A stretch of DNA of 64,000 bases from Eledone cirrhosa (taxonomy: Eukaryota). Shown in pieces: positions 10,958-26,372 of the stretch; within the stretch, counting starts at the first letter, position 1; every line of letters starts with the position of its first letter. The notes under the pieces were generated by a model that was given only the letters and a program-made list of their open reading frames with translations, had not been told where the DNA came from and did no database searches. The stretch lies in NCBI GenBank assembly GCA_964016885.1, contig OZ024740.1, forward strand, positions 184,760,001 through 184,824,000, read 5' to 3'. The translations under genes were made by a program, and so were the position numbers.

Positions 10958-11112
10958 CATATATACATATATATATACACACATATATACATATACACAC
11001 ACATATAAACACATATCCATATATGTATATATACATATACAAACATATACACATATATAGATATACACATATACACATATACAAATATACACATAAAAAT
11101 ATATGTATATAT

Positions 11113-11163
<51 letters not shown>

Positions 11164-11213
11164 TACAAACATACATACACACACATATATATATATGCAT
11201 ACATACACACACG

Positions 11214-11264
<51 letters not shown>

Positions 11265-11270
<6 letters not shown>

Positions 11271-11425
11271 TAATAAAAACAATGAATAAAAACAAAGAAA
11301 CAGTTCCTTATATTAAAAAATTCCTCATTTTACGATCGTTTCTAGGATATATATGTGTGTGATTACATTGAGTCCTTCATATATATGTGTGTGATTATAA
11401 TGAGTTCTTCATACGGATTGGATAT
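11265..11425. mobile_element. Rearranged remnant of the 28 kb/61.5 kb hammerhead hairpin family
   Basis: GAAACAGTTCCTTATATT..ACGATCGTTTCTAGGA is followed by the oppositely oriented GAGTTCTTCATACGGATTGGA. Both segments are found in 28043-28580 and 61491-62070. Confidence 0.75.
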
Positions 11426-11747
11426 ATATATATATACAGATACATTGTAGGTTGCTTTAACCCGTCTTTTATTATTCAAAAAACTTCTTGCCAATAAACA
11501 TTAACCCTTTGTGCGCCATTCATCTAACTGTAGACCAACAAATACCAAAAAAACGGAGCGTTGACGAGAACGATGGTGAATTGAATGTTCGAGATAAGCA
11601 GTTTCCTCCCGAGCTGTTAGCTCACGCGGGATTCTCTGCTACACCTTTTCATAATAATACCGAACAACGTACTGCTGGTCACTCTTTCCTCCAAAAGCCG
11701 TACAAAGCATCTCTCTCTCTCGCTCTCTCTCTCACAAACAACATCAG

Positions 11748-11831
<84 letters not shown>

Positions 11832-12122
11832 CTGATGTTGTCTGTGTGTCCTCATTTTTGCAAAGTCTTTACAAATCCACACACACATATATATATATAT
11901 ATATCTGATGTTGTCTGTGTGTCCTCATTTTTACAAAGTCTATACAAATCCACATTTCTACTCCGATTCATTCAAAGTTGCATTTATATATTCCTTGTGG
12001 TCTATAGATACTAACAGCAGCTTTTATTTTTCAATTTTCTGTTGTTAAACGGCTGTTATCGATCTCCGTCGAGCCCTTATAATATCTGTCTGCATAACGA
12101 CATTCTGCCGAACACGTCATTG

Positions 12123-12189
<67 letters not shown>

Positions 12190-12266
12190 TATCTAAAGAG
12201 AGAAAGGGATATGTAGAGAGAGAGAGAGTAAGATAGGCCATTATACAGAGAGAGGTACGAGATATT

Positions 12267-12329
<63 letters not shown>

Positions 12330-12598
12330 GGGACTAACGCTGGTTCACACACACACAAACACACATATATATATATATAAAGACAGAGAGAGAGGGGGGA
12401 GAGAGATCTGCGCGTTCTTTATTGTTCTCCATTCTGTAGCGGAAGAGAGAGAGAGGGGGTATGAGTGAGAGAGAGAGAGAGAGCAAGAGAAAGAGAGAGA
12501 TGGGGTTGAGAAAGAAAGGAAGTGAGGAACTTTAACTTTTATTTATTTATCTATTCTTTACACACTGTTCGACTGTGTGTGTTATATATATTTACGCA

Positions 12599-12660
<62 letters not shown>

Positions 12661-12709
12661 CTCTTTAACCTGTTTCAGCCATCCGGCTGAGGCCATGCTG
12701 GGCCACCGC

Positions 12710-12758
<49 letters not shown>

Positions 12759-13239
12759 ATAAGAACAGATTAAAGTTTAAGCAAAGAATCGCTGCTTTCA
12801 ACATTAACTGGAACTTCTGAAACTAAAAAATTCAATCTGTGAACGCAGAAGTAAATATTTCGAGAAACATTGCAACCGAAGGAAAACAGGAAGACGATAT
12901 TTTGGTTCGTGAAGACGTTCTCTGGTAATGAACGGAAAACAAGCGAGGATAATACGTCGTTATGTGGACTGGGAAGAACAATTTCATGCAAAGACAAGAC
13001 CAAGTTTATGGTATAAATGGAGTCGTTAGACTAATGTTCTATTTAAAATAACCGAATGATTTCCTGCCCAGGAGTTTAAGAATGATGTAAATAAAATTGT
13101 AAACGAAAATGACAGAGGTTATTAAAATAGTAAAAGTAAATAGTGAAGATTTAGGCCAGTACATACGTATGCGCCGACGGACATACAGATACATATACAT
13201 ACACACACACAAATACATACACACATACACAAACACACA

Positions 13240-13637
13240 CAAACGCGCGCGCGCGTGTGTGTGTATAAACCTTATGCATTTCTACAGAATTTTCACCAAA
13301 CATAAGACATAGGTTACTTATGTACTACGGATGGTCATGGACACTTTCATTTTTTCAGATATTGATTATAGGGCCTCTCGGCAGATAACCCCTTTTAACC
13401 GCTTTTTTGGAAGCAGTGCAATGCAAAAAAACGTCATAACTTCTGGTGTTCGCAACCGATTTTCACAAAACTTGACACATGGGCTACGTTTATTCTACAG
13501 ATGAATGTGAATTGGCGCATATTGAGTAGGGGACCCCTGGGGGCAGGAACCCCCATTTGGGAAAAAGCCGATGATTTTGTAAAAGTATAGTTTTCGAAGC
13601 AGCACTGAAGTATTGACATAAATGGTATACGTAACTG

Positions 13638-13640
<3 letters not shown>
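13240..13640 (+). mobile_element. Putative non-autonomous Helitron/Helentron-like repeat
   Basis: Repeated ATTTTCAC(C/A)AAAC motifs and GCAACCGATTTTCACAAAACTTG. Lies between microsatellites. Confidence 0.35.
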
Positions 13641-13724
<84 letters not shown>

Positions 13725-13919
13725 GTTAAAAAAGTAGAGGCATTAACTAATAATGTTTCATGTCATAATTCTAGTGATGTTTTGCCATAGATAAAATGTC
13801 TAAATTAGCCAAATTTTACTATCAAAGAGAGGTGCTTTTTTGTTGACTTACGTTTAATTAATAGAAAAGCTCTGTGATAATAGAGGTTCCAATACTCAAG
13901 TTATGGGCTTCAAAAATGT

Positions 13920-14217
13920 TCACTATAGGGGGTTTAACTCCCATTAGGGTGTCTTAATATTATTGCAATTTTCTGAAATTTATTGTCATTTACCTATGGT
14001 TTAAATTTCATATAAATCAAAGGGAAAAAATTTTCTGCGGGGCAAGCGGAGGTTTTTGCTCCCGAGGAACCCTTTAATTAAAATGAAATATACTTATCCA
14101 AGTACCCTGGGCAATGTAGTTTCAGAATGTTTATGGTTAAAGGGGTCTATCTCCAAAGTCGTACGAGGAGTTTGTGAACAAACAAACAGACAGGAACTAC
14201 AACTTTATTATATAAGA
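13920..14217 (-). mobile_element. Helitron-like non-autonomous element, 5' part
   Basis: The minus strand begins A|TCTTATATAATAAAG followed by a (TTTG)n tract. A second copy lies at 27738-28030. Confidence 0.55.
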
Positions 14218-14289
14218 TATATATGTAAGAGAGTGTGTGTTTGTATGTATTTTGGTATGTGTGTCTGTATAAGTGTTTTCTGTTTTGGT

Positions 14290-16100
14290 TATAGGATTAG
14301 TATTGTACGCATTTGGTGTATTCATTTAGTTATGCATTTATAACTTATTTCATTATTGTTGTACGATGTAATTATAGGGTTATCATTATGTGGCATCTTA
14401 TGTGTTTAAATTAATTGTATAGTTATATAGAAGTGTTTGTATTCTTTCGTTTATGTAGGGGTTATTACATTAAGGTGGCTTTTACTCAGGTGTCATTCAT
14501 GATATTGTGTGTGTATTTAGTATTCTCACTGTGTATATTGTAACCAGTATCTAGGTAATGGTTTTGTGAACATAAAGGGTAGTTGTGTGTGTTAAATACT
14601 AACAAATTATCTTATTCTTGAGGGTCTTGTATGGTTTCTGGTTGAGATAGGTTTTCAATATCCTGTGTAGATATGATATACCGTGTTTGGTTTTTCTGTT
14701 TAAGTGTAGCTTAGTGGCAAGCAATATATTTATGGTTCTTTGGAGCAAAGGTGGCATAGATGGTTACAATCTGTGTACAGATTGACCATGTTCAGGATTC
14801 ACCATTGAAACTTGAAAGGTGCATTCTTTTTCTTTTACATATTTCCCATATGTAACTCAAATGATACATAACATTTCTCCAGACTGTTCACACAAGCTGT
14901 GAGCTGTATGTATGCTTTGTTAAACAATAACAGGAGTGAGGTGTATTTATTGCTTGGTAAATCTGCTTTGATTTAGGACAACATTGAAGGAGAGGATAAG
15001 CTCTCTCTCTCTCTATCTATATATATATTTATATATATATATATGTGTGTGTGTGTGTATAATCAGCATCCAGTGCATATTAACTATTCACACATGGGAG
15101 ATTGGTTGCATATTAAATATATCTAGTCATAGGTGCATTCATATTTAAGGAGCATCTCCTTTTGTAATGCCACAAATATGTCTGATTTGTTTTCTGTTTA
15201 TCAACAACACTTAATAACCTGTTATTAAGTGTATTACTATTAAATTAAATGCCGTCTACATAACATGTGAAAAGTATATAAAGGAAATCATAATATCAGG
15301 AATGACAGCTGTAGTAATATTAACTAAATATTGATGATTCATTGAGTGCTAGGTGTGGTTTTTAAAAATTGTTTTTCTCTTATCATTTATGAAAGATGAA
15401 GTATGATTAATGTAGCATGTTTTAATTTGCCTTCTATCATTCGTTTGTAGTGATTATGGTCTATCATTTGGTTTGGCTTAGCCGAGGTAATGTTTTGTCA
15501 TGTACTATCAGTGTTTCGACATATAAAGCTTGCTTTATATAATATTGTTGACTTTTACATTAATAGACTTTTATTTTGTGGGTACAACTCTCAATAATTT
15601 ATGTATTATTTCTTTTGAAAATAGTTCTCTAATAGTAATTAATTGAGAAATTTATATTTATTATGACTCTGACATTTTTGATGATGTTAGCCTTGGAATT
15701 TAAGGAGTATAGTTATGCTAACTGTGTAATGTACTGGGTTTCCTTATTTGTCTGAAATAATAGGATTTGTTGATGTAAATCACTGTATCTTTGAAACTGC
15801 CGTTTTCTAAAGCATTATTGTAATTGGTGTTTCAAATTATCAAAGTTGTTTCCTTTTTATTTGAAGTGAAACTGGATATTGTTGTTATTAATTAATTTTT
15901 TTTTAAACTATGGGTTGTTGACAGAAATATTTGTTAATATAAGGGATTTTATTTGGTTTACTGTATAGCTTGTATGCATCAGTGTATAAGTTGATAGTGA
16001 TCTCTAGGAATGGTTATTGTTATTTTCATGTTGAAATCTTGATAAACTATCTAATATATAACCACTGATGTAATTAGAGATGTGAGACCTGTTTTATAAC
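14290..16100 (-). mobile_element. Possible old, decayed PLE
   Basis: Weak remnants such as PNTVYHIYTGY (GIY-YIG-like) and a degenerate CTGAGTA...GAAA near 14445-14490. No open frame. Confidence 0.3.
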
Positions 16101-16587
16101 TTCTAAACAAATGTTTAATGTAACCTATTTCTTACTTATTACACTAAGTATATATGCTGATAACATCACATATATCTAACCTAACACATGTCTCAGTTGT
16201 GTGAGTCTGCAGGATCTAATTTTGAGGAAACATTTATTGAAGAGTGGTCTTATTCAGCATGCATAGGGTCTATATCTATGCCACCAATGTTACAGTATTT
16301 GCATGCTAATGTGTAGAGGTTGAGTGATTGAAGTATGGAAATCAACAATCTTATACTAGGTGAACATAGAATTGAGCTTATTATTAATATTTTGAACTAG
16401 CTGGTTACTGTACCATTGTTTTTCATTGTTAAAGTACTATTGACTTTTTAATGTCATTATAAATTTTATCTGAGATATTTTTGCTGATTAGCCCTATCTC
16501 AATTCAAGCTGGATTAATTAGCCTACATTTTGGATTAGAGGTAAAATGTTATGTGATCCTTCCAGAGTGAGAGAGAGAGAGAGTGAC

Positions 16588-16647
<60 letters not shown>

Positions 16648-17541
16648 GGGGGGAGAGCAGAAAATAGCAATAGAGAGAGAGAATTGGGAGAAAGTGATTG
16701 AGAGAAAGAATATAGAAAGAAAGCAGTAAGATTTGTAAACAAAGATAAAAAAGAGAGGTGGAGGTTTAAGGGAAAATTGAGAAAGGTAGAAAGAGAAAGA
16801 ACATATATAAGGTGATATGAGAGATCTTTAAAAGCTGTTAAACTAAAACAAGAGACAGAAAGAGAGAGAGAAGAATGGCAAAACATATAAGATATGAATG
16901 AGTCTTAAGAACTTTTAAACAAATAGTAGAAAGAATGAGAGAGATAGAGGGGGCAGGAGAGAGAGGGAAGTGTGAAGTAAAATTGAAGAATGCAGAGAGA
17001 AAAAAGAATAAATAGAGAGATATAGATAGATATGATGAATGCTTAAGAAATTGTCAAAAAAGATATGATTTAAGTCAGATTCTGCATGCCACAAAAACGA
17101 ACCATGTAAACCAAGGATTGATAATGTACAGAGTTCTGTTTCCATCCCTCCTTTTATCTCTCTTTCTCTATTTCTCCTTTTTTTTCTCCCCCTCTCTTTT
17201 TCTCTTTCTCTGCCCCTCCTTTTCTCACTGTATTTTACCTGTAATTGAAGGCTCCAGGCTTGTCATATTGTGTCATGCTAATTTGACTTGAGAATTTCCT
17301 GAAAAGTACATATGTCTATAGAAAACACAGTCATAGCTAACTTATATGATCAACTAAAGACAGACAGATAATCCACCATGAGAGCACATGAAACATGAGA
17401 GAGGGGCAAGAGAAACAGGAGAAAGAGGGAGAGAGAAATAGAGTGAGAGGGGGAATGTATGTGTTTGTGTGAATTGGTAAACAAGAAGTAGAGGGAAGGA
17501 GATAAAAGTGTGTGTATTAATAAATAAATAAGGAGACATAC

Positions 17542-17624
<83 letters not shown>

Positions 17625-18113
17625 GGGAGATAGGGAGAGAGAAAATGAGAACAATATAAAAAAGAAAGAATAGAAATAAAATAACAGATGTGTGCAATGT
17701 GTATTTGAAAGTATGTGTGTAGGAGCTTGTTTCTGTGAAAGAATGTGTGTGAGAAAGTGTGTGTGTGTGTGTGAATGAGGGAAAGGGAGGGGAAGTGGGT
17801 TTGATTTTCTACTGTGATTTTTTCTTGAATAATGAGGAGTGTTTAAAAATCGATTAGAGAAGATAAGGAAAAAGAGAGAAAGGGTTGCTTTCTAAGAAAT
17901 GACAAATGACTAAAAACTATTTAGAGAATATAACAAAAAGTGAGAGAGGGAGTAGAAGGCGAAAAGAAAGGGAAGAGCAAAGAAACAAGAAATAGAGTTA
18001 TAGTGAAAAAAAAAGAAAGAATGAGTAAAAGATAATAAGACAAAGATTATGTATATAAATATAAAAATATAATGAGACAAAGATTATATATATACATATA
18101 TATACACACGCAG

Positions 18114-18145
<32 letters not shown>

Positions 18146-18200
18146 CTTTATATAATATATATAATTGGTGTTTTCCTAGCCTAACGATAACATTTTCTAA

Positions 18201-18283
<83 letters not shown>

Positions 18284-18412
18284 TGGGGAATAAAGAGATA
18301 GAGAATTAAAAAGCGAGGTGTGTAGGGTAACAGTAGAAGTCTTAAATATATGAAGAAGCAAGCATACACACACACAGAGACAGATCAACAGACAGACACA
18401 CACACATATATG

Positions 18413-18448
<36 letters not shown>

Positions 18449-20606
18449 TAAATAAAAAAGAATTAAATTAAACGTGAAAGAAAATCAACTTAGAAAAACA
18501 TTTTTTTAAATGAAAAATGAAAAAATAAACTTTAAAAAAAATTAAATATATGTAAATGAAATGGAAAAGTGGGCTGTATGTGAGGGAGAGTGAGAGGACA
18601 AAAATATAAAAAAAATTATAAAATTAAATATTAAAAAATCAAAATATAGTAGAACAGTGAAGAGGAAAAATATGATTAAGAAATTTAGAAGTCATATTTT
18701 GAATTTTTTTCTTCCTTTAAAGGAATTTACCAAGCTTAAGAGAATTAAGTAGAAGTGAAGTACTAAATATCTCCATTTTTCTACTCGTCTTTTCAATTGT
18801 ATCCAATCATGGGTTTTTAGTTCCTCTTGAATCTTTAAGAAAAGACGGGAAGGGTGAATATATGAATTTTGTTTCATAGTTTTGTTTCATTGCTTTTTAT
18901 AAATTTTAATTTTTTTAAACATAATTTGGCAGAATTGTTGGGTCATCAGACAAAATGTGTTTGATACTTGTTCCTGCACTTGTAGGTTAACTCCCATGTA
19001 GGTCAAATTTGTCTTTCCTCCTTCCAGAGTTGATGAAATAGAGTGCCAGTCATGTACTGGAGTTGATTTAATTGTCTTTCCCTATCACAAACAATTGGTT
19101 TCTGCCTAAATTAGAAACCATTTTTTAGTCATAGTAGGGTACTGGACTCGCAGAGTCATTAGAGTATTGAACAACTGCCTGGCAGTATTTGTTCCAGCCT
19201 TTTATATTTTGGGTTCAAATCAGGCCCAATTCAACATTGCCTTCCATCTTTCTAGAGTCAATAAAATAAAAGTAACTGTCAAGTACTGGGCTTAACTTCC
19301 CTCTCCTCAAACTGCTAGCCTTGTGCCTAAATTAGATGCCTTTATTTAGTCATAGAAACAATGAAGGCTATTGTAGATTTGTCCATACCATTGTATGTTC
19401 TTTGCCTAAACTAGGAAGGTTGATTAAGGCTACTAATATTCAGATTGAACATCTGGATGTAAATGGTACCAACTGAAGAATAAAAAGTAATTGGTAGATA
19501 ATTGAGACAATGAAGGAACCAGGTGGGGTACACATCACTTGTAGGTGATATTTTTCCCATATTCAAATTCAAGACCAACTATTGACTAAGACCTCTGATC
19601 TGTAAATGTCTTCATCTGCTCTTTTTTTTTACTAGGTTTTCATGCTTTTAGTTTAATTAAGAAGTTTTGTTTAGGTTGTTCATAATTTGTGTGGCAACTC
19701 ATATTTTAGTTCCCTTACTAAACATTAAGCTTGTCTAGTAATTAGTCTGAAATGAAGATGTGTAGGATGTTGATCTCATGAGCATAAGGCTATGAGTTCA
19801 ATCCTTGGCCCAGAGGAGATGATGTATTTTGTCCTTGACTAACAGTTTATTTTCTATCACTCTAGTCAACTCAGCTGATAATGTGTACCAGTAGTACCTG
19901 GGATTAATCTTACTAAAGACTGGCATTCTATCTACGAAGAAATTTTCTACTCTCAGTTGCTTAATGCCAGATGAAACTGAATAAGCTCAGACATTTGTTC
20001 AATCCATATCAACAAGGAAAAATGAACATAAAACTGAGGATATTGATAATATTGCTGCTGAGGGTGATAAAAAAATTAACCAACAACTGCTGATGATGAT
20101 GATGATGATAAAAAAATTACCAACAACAATGAAATAAAACAAGGCAAATCGAAAGCAAATTATGGAAATATTGAAGGATATTTGATCCGTGTAAGTAATA
20201 CAAGAACTTATTAATGGAATTTTATTGCTTTTGTCTCATATAAGTAATGGATGGAAATATTCACAGTAATAACCAATTATCCAGCATATCTAAACACAAT
20301 AATAAAGCAACCAATGAGAAAGCCACATACATGTTCACCGGACCTGATAGAAATAGCAAACATACTTCACTCAAATTATAAGTAGAAAACGATATGTTGG
20401 ATAATGTTATACTAGATTCCTGCATATTAGAAAAAAACAATAAAAAAACAAGATGGTCAAGGTTGGAAAGTCTTTGATCGTAGGTTTGCTTGAATAGGTG
20501 ATTGACCTAGCTGAATACTAATGGAGCATAATTAAAATCACAATTAGACAAATTCAGTCACCATCCCCACCCTCAAAAATAACAAATAATACAAATGAAA
20601 TGTTTT

Positions 20607-20705
20607 CATTCTGATGAAGGCTAAAAGGGAAATACTTTGAATTTGATATATAAAAATCACAAAAATTAGAGCATGCAAATTTCCGCTTCACCAGAAACAA
20701 ATAAG
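20607..20705 (+). ncRNA. Degenerate hammerhead-like motif with long stem II
   Basis: CTGATGA-AGG..GGAAAT...ATTTCC..CC-A-GAAAC. Stems I and III are poorly paired. Confidence 0.3.
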
Positions 20706-22379
20706 CCAGTGTCCAATAAAAACATGAAAGTCACGAGAAGAATACCTCAACATGATATTTATATGGAAAGAGAGAAAATAATCTTGGTTTGAAAGTAACT
20801 TCATCCCCCAAAAGACTAGCTAATTTAAGAAGATATATTCTCAGCACAAAACAATACCAAACATAGAAATGGAATTTTTGAAAGAAAGTATATGTAACAA
20901 AAATGTGAGCAACTAAGAAAATAATCAAGAAAAATAATAACAGGCAGAATAAAAAGATTTAAGTTAAAAACATTGAGAATAAAGGTAGACTTAGAACATG
21001 CAAAACAAACAAAACAAATATCAGTAAAATCAAACCCTTGAACATCTACAGAATACAGACTAACATAAGAAATAGAAGTGGAAATATAAGTATAAGGGAA
21101 AATGGGAAATATGTAGGATGAGAAATTTCTCAAGATAGGAATTCTGAAAATTGTGAAAATAGCAAAGGAATTAAAATCAATAGATTATCGTCTTATGGAC
21201 CATTGGAATATCCTTCCAAGGATAAAATGCTATGACAAAAAGGCTAACAACAATAAAATAAAACCTGGCCACTCTAAACTAAATAAAAACTGATAAGACA
21301 TCAAGACCAGGAGGAAAATCAAATAAAGCATGCAGCAACATGCTTTTAAAAATAGTTTTTAAAATGTGAGGACTCCCCCGATTTGCTCAAATAGAAATAT
21401 GATAACCCAAGTAAACAATGAGCAAAACAACTATACAAAGTATATAGAAAATTAAATAAAAGATCATTGACTTTAATTGAATCAATAACGAAAACAGAAA
21501 AAATGTAGAAAGGGAGAAATATTGCATAGCAAAGAAAGAAATACCTGAAACCAAAGAATGCCTGAAACAAGAAATTTGAAAGGATCTGTCATTATGAAAA
21601 ATATCAATGATTTTTTTTTTTTTTTTTGCAAAACAAACATTTTGACGCTAACCCAAAACGATTTTATCAACAACAAGAGAAGTAGAAGAGATTTTAAGGA
21701 GGAGTCTGAAAAGCAATGGGTTATTGCTGAAGATAAGAATGTTCAAAACAACATGTGCAGCACCTGAATAGGTGTAGGAGGCCTAAGAAATAGAAACGAT
21801 GTAATGAGAAAAAAAAAAAAAAAAGGAATCCACTGGTAGGCACTAGGAATGATAAAATCTCAAATTTCTGGTTGAAATATTTAGATGGAAAACAGAAAGT
21901 TCTTACAAAAATATTTAATAACCAGCCACTGTTAAAGTTAAAGTCTGTTTTAAGCTAGCGGCTCATTGGGCCAGTTTTTATCCCTGGTTTCCATGGTGCT
22001 AAGCAACTGAGAGTACAAGACTCTCTCTGGATATGATGTCTGTTTATTACAAGTTTATCTCCCCACCTTCTGCTGGTACTTATCTCAGCTAAGTGTACTG
22101 GAGCAATGTGAAATAAAGTATTTTGCTCAAAACCATAATGCAGCGGCCTGTCCAAGAATCAAACCAACCATTGAAAGATTCATAATTAACACAAGAATGG
22201 CACCAAAGGAAAAAATATTTTCTTACACTCAGCTAACAATAAGCTTTAAAAGCTAGAGTCACAGGATATGTTGGCCTATAATTTACAAAGGTTTAACAAC
22301 AATAAAGTCACTAAGGATTAATAATTATCTTGCTGATTTCCAAGAACAGAAAGGATGCATGCTGCAAAGGCTCACGTCG

Positions 22380-22810
22380 TTATAAATATAAATAACCGAT
22401 CAATAAAGCCATGGTCCATCCTCCGTGGATGCTGGAAACATAAGCACCAATAATAAGTCGTACATCAAACATATCATATGTAAAAAGGAACAAATGCTGT
22501 TAATACTAACAAAAGAACGAACTATAATAGTAAATGTTATTTTTCAGAACATTTGTTGAGTCAGTGTTATTGTATGGATCAGGGATACAGACACTAACAT
22601 AAGCACTTGAAAAGAAATTAGATGGTGCATACACTAAAATGCTTAGGGTTGTACAAAATATAAACTGGCTTCAACGTATAGCAAATTAAATTTTATATGG
22701 AAACTTGCCCAAGTTAACAACTACAATTGATCAAAGATGTTTATGATTTGCATGACATTGTTGGAGAAGTAAGCAGGAAGTTATACACAAGCTACAATTG
22801 TGAGAACCAA
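22380..22810 (+). mobile_element. Old RTE-type LINE fragment
   Basis: FRTFVESVLLYGS..LEKKLDGAYTKMLRVVQNINW..LYGNLPKL with stops. Homologous to 7868-8120. Confidence 0.75.
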
Positions 22811-25800
22811 ACTAAACTGAAGACTTCAATTTTTAATGTGCTTCAGCACAGTGTGGCTTTGTACACTTATGTAATATTTTTCTAATGCGATTTCATGCAA
22901 TACAGAACGTTAATAGTTAAATCAGCAATCATTTTGAATAAGGATGGCGTTAAGATGTATTTTGTGTTGATAAACACCTGGAAACGTTGCTACATGCAGT
23001 TCACAGATTCAGTAGTGGAATTAATATAATTGTTTCTACTTTAGGCACAAGGCCAGCAATTACCCAGTGCATTACTGGTACTTTATTTTATCGACCCCGT
23101 AAGGATGAAAGGCAAAGTCAACCTCGGTATAATGTGAGATTACACTAAGGCAACCTGGAAGAGAAGGGTTTTAATTCATAACCCATTGATGTCATGTTAG
23201 ATATAGAAATAAATATTAGAATTAGCCTAAACATAATCTTAAAATAGGAATATTTGAATTAGGTAGACTACAATACAGAAAACTCAAAGAACATTTTAGG
23301 AAGGAATATCATAGAAGTATTAGATTAATACTTAAAACAAAGCTAAATGCAAAACATAATGTAATAAGCATCAATACCCTAACTATTTTGGGAATACAAA
23401 TTGTTTTCAGTCTTCAAGGAAGCCAACAAATACGAAGCAGAGTTTGCAATGTAAGACAGTTATGAGGAAAAAACAAAAACAATGATAGGAATTATTAAGA
23501 AAAAATTAAAACCTAAGCTGAAATAATGAGATTTCTGAGTATCATTAAAATAATGACAAGAAAAGCTCCTGTATGACCAATAAATGAGAAGCCTAAACAA
23601 AATATTTGATAAAGAAAATCCTCAACAGTCTGAAAAACTGATACTGAAGGATTTTTGCTTATGTCATAAGACAAACTCCTTCACACCAGAAACTACCAAA
23701 AACATACTGGAGTTCAATATAAGAAGTAACCATGGAATGTGTTAAACTTGTGAAGAAACAATTAGTCTCATTTTCACAATGGCTAACAACGATATGTGCT
23801 TTCATTCCTATCTGCCTTTTTACTATGACTCTTAATCTTCTTTCTTCTTCTCTTTCCCAAAACACCCCCTCTTCTCTCTCTTATTCTATTTTCTAATGAA
23901 GGACGAGCATCTAAAACAATAAGACACTTTTCCAACTATATCAAGCATTCAACTTATATTTCGTTATTGCAGTGTTATTTTTCCTTTTCTTTTCCTATAA
24001 TAACATTGTTTCCTGACTGCTCAGTCTTGCATTTGAGAGAATATATATAGAAGCATAACAGAAATGGAGCTTTCACAAAGTGGAAATTATGCCAGCATTA
24101 TGAAATTCTATCAGAAAAAGTATGATATAAGTATACATCAGAATCTTTCTAGTGATTCCTCCAATCTCTTGTTCTTAGATTTATTTTAATAATGATTGCT
24201 AGCAATTTCTAAGTTGGACACAAGGCCTTCTCATTTGAAATAATTTTTGTTGAGAAACATTTATTTTGAACAGAAGGTAGGAATTGCACACTTATCCCAA
24301 GGGCATTGTTAACGGGAGTAAATTGGCTTAATTGGATTCAAGAACTGAAATTAAGTTCCAAATTCAGCTTGCATTAACTAGAAAGAAAATTATGGGGAAG
24401 AGAACAATGATTGATATAAAGTAGAATGTGTTACATAAGCAGAGCTACATGAAAGATTATAAACACATAAATATATATCCATGACTTACATTATATATGT
24501 TACATTAGCAATGTGAAGTCCAGTTTATTTTTTTAGGGAAAAGTCAGTGTCCATGACCTTTTGTAAGGCATTTGAAACTGGTTCACGGAAGAAAGGAAAT
24601 TACCCCAAAACTAAAGACCTGCCCTGAAAGCTTGAAACAGAGTGGATTCTGCTGAAGGAACCCAAGAACCAAAGAAGGTGATAAATTAAACCAAAAACAG
24701 GAATTATCCCTACACAAAGTCCATCTACCAAATTTCACACAAAGTCCATCTACCAAATATACGTGTCATGTATCACACAGTGGGATTAAATTCAAAACAC
24801 TGTAACTGTAAAGCAAGCTGCTTAACTTTAATCACCACACTATACTCACTTGATCCTTGGCTGCCTCTTAAAGGAATCCATTCTATTGTAAGTTTTCAAA
24901 CCAGGCTCTTTGATTTTCTCACCACCCACATTTTTCTTCCAAATATTTGAGTTTGAGGTCGTCATCAACTGAATCAACTTCACACATCTAAGAGAGTCTA
25001 CAAAAGTCATAGTTAATTCCATTCTCTCTTGACTAATTAATGGAAAACAATTTTCAGCCAACTTGAATTAATACATTAATGGTTTATACAAATACATTAA
25101 TTTTGTGAGGTTCCATATTGTATTTTCAACATACAAAATGTCTGCAATATATTTTTCAAACATGCCTCTCTAGCTGAGGCCTGAACATGTCCCTTTTTAT
25201 CCACACAAAGGATGATGCAGTATGATTTTTTTGTTACCTCTCACAATATTGCAGTTTTGGTGGTCTTATTCATGCCAGTCCCCAATCTAGTACTTTTCTC
25301 AGGCCTGCAAAACTAGGCTTTCTTAGAAGCAGCCTCTATTTGCCTCACCATAGCTACATCACTAGATTGTGAAAGTTTTCTTGGGAGCTAAAGATGTCAC
25401 CTATTGCTCCATCTACCCTAGTAATTTACTGCTATTGTTCCGGGATTGCTTATTTGTCCAACGATCACAACTAACCATCACATCTGGTGGCTGTATCGCT
25501 ATCTGCCACCTGACTCATTCTCTAGTAGTAGGCGTATGTGTAAGTATGACTGCATGAACACTTTATGGTAAAACGGATGCCATCATATTTGACATAGTAA
25601 ATCAAGAAATTATGATTAATGAAAATTGCAATATTAGGAATGAAAAGAATGATTATTTAAAGGAGTAATTCTGAAAATAAGAGGCAAGGAAGACAACCCG
25701 AGAATTTCAATTAATTAAAATTAAAATTACAAATGCACTGAAGAGCTAATCTGATCTTTAGCAATATGGTGACAACTATTCACAAGTTTCAATGACTTAG

Positions 25801-26049
25801 AAGAATCACTGGATAAATTTATATAGGGATGCCTGCTGCAGGAAAGCCCAATAGTAAAATGAGTAGTGGCATACTTCATGCAGTAAGCCAAGAAATGATG
25901 ATTAAATTTAAGTAAAAAGTACAATCATTAATATAAATTAGAAATTCATTTTTTTAAATGTGTTGATAAGGGAGGTAACCCTGAAATTTTAATTGTGTAG
26001 GTAGACTGACCTTAGTACCACAAACTGCCTAGCCTCTTAGTAAATATAT

Positions 26050-26372
26050 AGTGTAGAAAGCACTCCGTCAATTACGACAAAGAGTGTTCCAGTGGATCCA
26101 ATCAACGGAACAGCCTGCTCATGAAATTAACATGCAAGTGGCTGAGCATTCTACAAACACGTGTACCTTTAACACAGTTCACAGGGAGATTCAACGTGAC
26201 ACAGAATGTGACAAGGCTTGCCCTTTAAATTACAGGTACAAGTCCTTTTTGCCATCTGAGTGAACTGGAGCAATGTGAAATAAAGTGTCTCGCTGAACGA
26301 CACAGCACACCACTGGGAATCGAACACATGACCATGAGCCAAATTCCCTAATCACAAAGCCATGTGCCTTCA
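26050..26372 (-). mobile_element. tRNA-derived SINE
   Basis: Contains the CTGAGTGAACTGGAGCAATGTGAAATAAAGTGTCT block. Its body is shared with 1150-1480. Confidence 0.7.
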